Shown here: positions 21,521 to 23,233 of the stretch, in pieces
How the letters are laid out: each line of letters starts with the position of its first letter
Numbering within the stretch: the stretch's first letter is position 1
Source of the DNA: Myxococcota bacterium
Lineage (GTDB): Bacteria; Myxococcota_A; UBA796; SXON01
Direction: 5' to 3'
Assembly: GCA_040386535.1 (NCBI GenBank)
Contig: JAZKFH010000048.1
Coordinates: 1-23,233 of the forward strand
DNA: 23,233 bases
Position numbers and translations under genes: made by a program
The notes under the pieces: model-generated
What the model saw: only the letters and a program-made list of their open reading frames with translations
Database searches by the model: none
What the model was told of the DNA's origin: nothing

Positions 21521-22900
21521 ATGGTCCTGTTGCTCGCGCTGCTCGCCTCGCCGTGCGCGCTCGCCGCCGAGCCCGCTTGGGTCACGACGGTCGACCTGCC
21601 GGGGGCCGCCGGCCCGCCCGCGACCCGCTGCGCCACCACGGCCACCTTCCCGCCGCTCCCGCCCCGCGTGGACCGCCCCGAGGTGGAGGACACGCGCACC
21701 GCCGGCATGGTCGAGATCGACGTGGCGCCGGGCGCCGACAACACCCACCTGCCGCCCGACGTGCGCGCGCGAGCGCTGGTCCCGGTCGACCTCGCGTCGC
21801 TCCCGGCCACGCCGCTCGAAGGCTCCGCCAGCGCGATCCGGCACGTGGTGGGTGTGCTCGGGCGCGCGGCGACCGAGCCGGTGCGCGTGGCGATGTGGGG
21901 CGACTCGTTGACCGCCGGCGGTCCCCTCCCTGGCGGCGTGCGGACCGTGCTCCAGGCGCGCTACGGCGACGCGGGGCGCGGCTACGCCCTGCCCGCCCCC
22001 CCGTGGCGCGCGTGGAACACGGCCGAGCTCGCGCGCTGCGCGGCGGGCGTGTGGACCGGCGAGAGCCAGCGCACGAAGGACGGACACGCCGACGGCCTGT
22101 ACGGCCTGGCGGGGATCACGGTGGAGTCCACGGACCCCGCCGCGACCGCGTGGATCGAGGGCACCGCCTCCCGGGTGGAGCTGCTGTACCTGCGCCAGCC
22201 GGGTGGCGGGCGGGTGCGCGTGCAGGTCGACGACACCGCACCCATCGACGTACCGACGGCCGCCGCCGCGGCCGGCCCCGGCGCCCTCGTGCTGCGCGTG
22301 CCCGACGGCCCCCACCGCGTCGCCCTGAGCATCGTCGGCGACGGCCCCGTGCGCCTCCTCGGCGCCCACTTCGAGCGGGACGTGCCCGGCGTGGTGCTCG
22401 ACGGCATGGGCATCGCCGGCGGCACCGCGCACGACTGGTCCGCCTGGAACGAGCCGCTGATGACCGCGCTGGCGGCGCGCCGCCCGCCCGATCTCGTGCT
22501 GGTGGAGTACGGCACCAACGAGACCACCGTGCCGAACATGACCCCCGAGCGCTACCGCGAGGGGCTGCGCGAGATGCTCGCGAAGCTGCGGCGTGTATCA
22601 CCCGACGCCGCGTGTGTGTTGGTCGCCCCGCCGGACCGCGGCCAGAAGGTGCTCGGCACCCGCTACGCGCTCTGGTCGCCCATCGAGTGGGTGACCCGCA
22701 TCCAGGCCGAGCAGGCCCCGCTGTTCGGCTGCGCGACGTGGTCGATGCAACGCGCCATGGGCGGCCCAGGCAGCACGTTCGGCTGGCGCCTGGCCGACCC
22801 GCCGCTGATGGGCGCCGACTTCCTGCACCTGACGCCCACCGGGTACGAGGCGCTCGGCAAGCGGCTGGGGGATGCGTTGGTGGCGGCAGCGGAGCAATAG
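21521..22900 (+). CDS. Secreted SGNH/GDSL-family hydrolase (esterase/O-acetyltransferase-like)
   Basis: RBS GGAGG and signal peptide. Block I 'WGDSLT', block II 'GIAG', block III 'YGTNE' and block V 'DFLH', with an inserted beta-sandwich-like region. Confidence 0.88.
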   Translation: MVLLLALLASPCALAAEPAWVTTVDLPGAAGPPATRCATTATFPPLPPRVDRPEVEDTRTAGMVEIDVAPGADNTHLPPDVRARALVPVDLASLPATPLEGSASAIRHVVGVLGRAATEPVRVAMWGDSLTAGGPLPGGVRTVLQARYGDAGRGYALPAPPWRAWNTAELARCAAGVWTGESQRTKDGHADGLYGLAGITVESTDPAATAWIEGTASRVELLYLRQPGGGRVRVQVDDTAPIDVPTAAAAAGPGALVLRVPDGPHRVALSIVGDGPVRLLGAHFERDVPGVVLDGMGIAGGTAHDWSAWNEPLMTALAARRPPDLVLVEYGTNETTVPNMTPERYREGLREMLAKLRRVSPDAACVLVAPPDRGQKVLGTRYALWSPIEWVTRIQAEQAPLFGCATWSMQRAMGGPGSTFGWRLADPPLMGADFLHLTPTGYEALGKRLGDALVAAAEQ

Positions 22901-22970
22901 CCCTACCGAGCGTCACTGATACATCGGGCATGCGTCGGCGTCGCGGAGGCCGAGCGGAGGAACCAGGATT

Positions 22971-23148
22971 TCAGGTTCCCCTTCCTGCCTTCCTCTATTC
23001 CTGCCTTCCTGATTTTCCGGCTCCGGATTTCCGGAGAAGCAGGAATGCAGGAAGCAGGAAAAGGAATCAGGTTCCCCTTCCTGCCTTCCTTCATTCCTGC
23101 CTTCCTGCTTTTCCGGCTCCGGATTTCCGGAGAGCAGGAATGCAGGAA
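22971..23148. repeat. Two tandem copies (96-bp period) of a TTCCTG/CAGGAA palindromic element
   Basis: Copies start at 22971 and 23067: TCAGGTTCCCCTTCCTGCCTTCCT....TTCCTGCCTTCCTG.TTTTCCGGCTCCGGATTTCCGGAGA(A)GCAGGAATGCAGGAA. Confidence 0.9.
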
Positions 23149-23233
23149 ACAAGGAAAGCAGGAGAAGGAAGGAGAAGTACCACGGGATCCGCATCCACCA
23201 ATCTTCATGCTCCGCCGCCCACTGTTAGCGAAG

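Noticed and set aside
22903..23208. ORFs 22903-23208 and 22913-23194
   Set aside because: They are translations of the palindromic repeat with atypical codon usage.

Overview
High-GC bacterial DNA, most likely Myxococcota, inferred from a MYXO-CTERM-type sorting signal. The left 3.7 kb is a mobile/repeat locus. A RAYT-like HUH/Y1 nuclease gene (712-1509) is followed by a tandem array of 63-bp palindromic REP-like units. The array is interrupted by a ~1.83-kb IS with perfect 21-bp terminal inverted repeats and a DDE transposase, and one more REP core lies right after the IS. The rest is chromosomal: an SRPBCC protein, coxS/coxM-like subunits with no large subunit, a ~1200-aa Ca-binding repeat surface protein, dbpA, a small membrane protein and a PaaK/CapK-like ligase whose stop is shifted by a G9 tract. 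It continues with two lipoproteins, a three-gene KaiC-like ATPase/hybrid kinase cassette, msrA and an SGNH hydrolase. A second, unrelated 96-bp palindromic repeat sits at the right end. All calls come from reading motifs by eye; no database searches were run.
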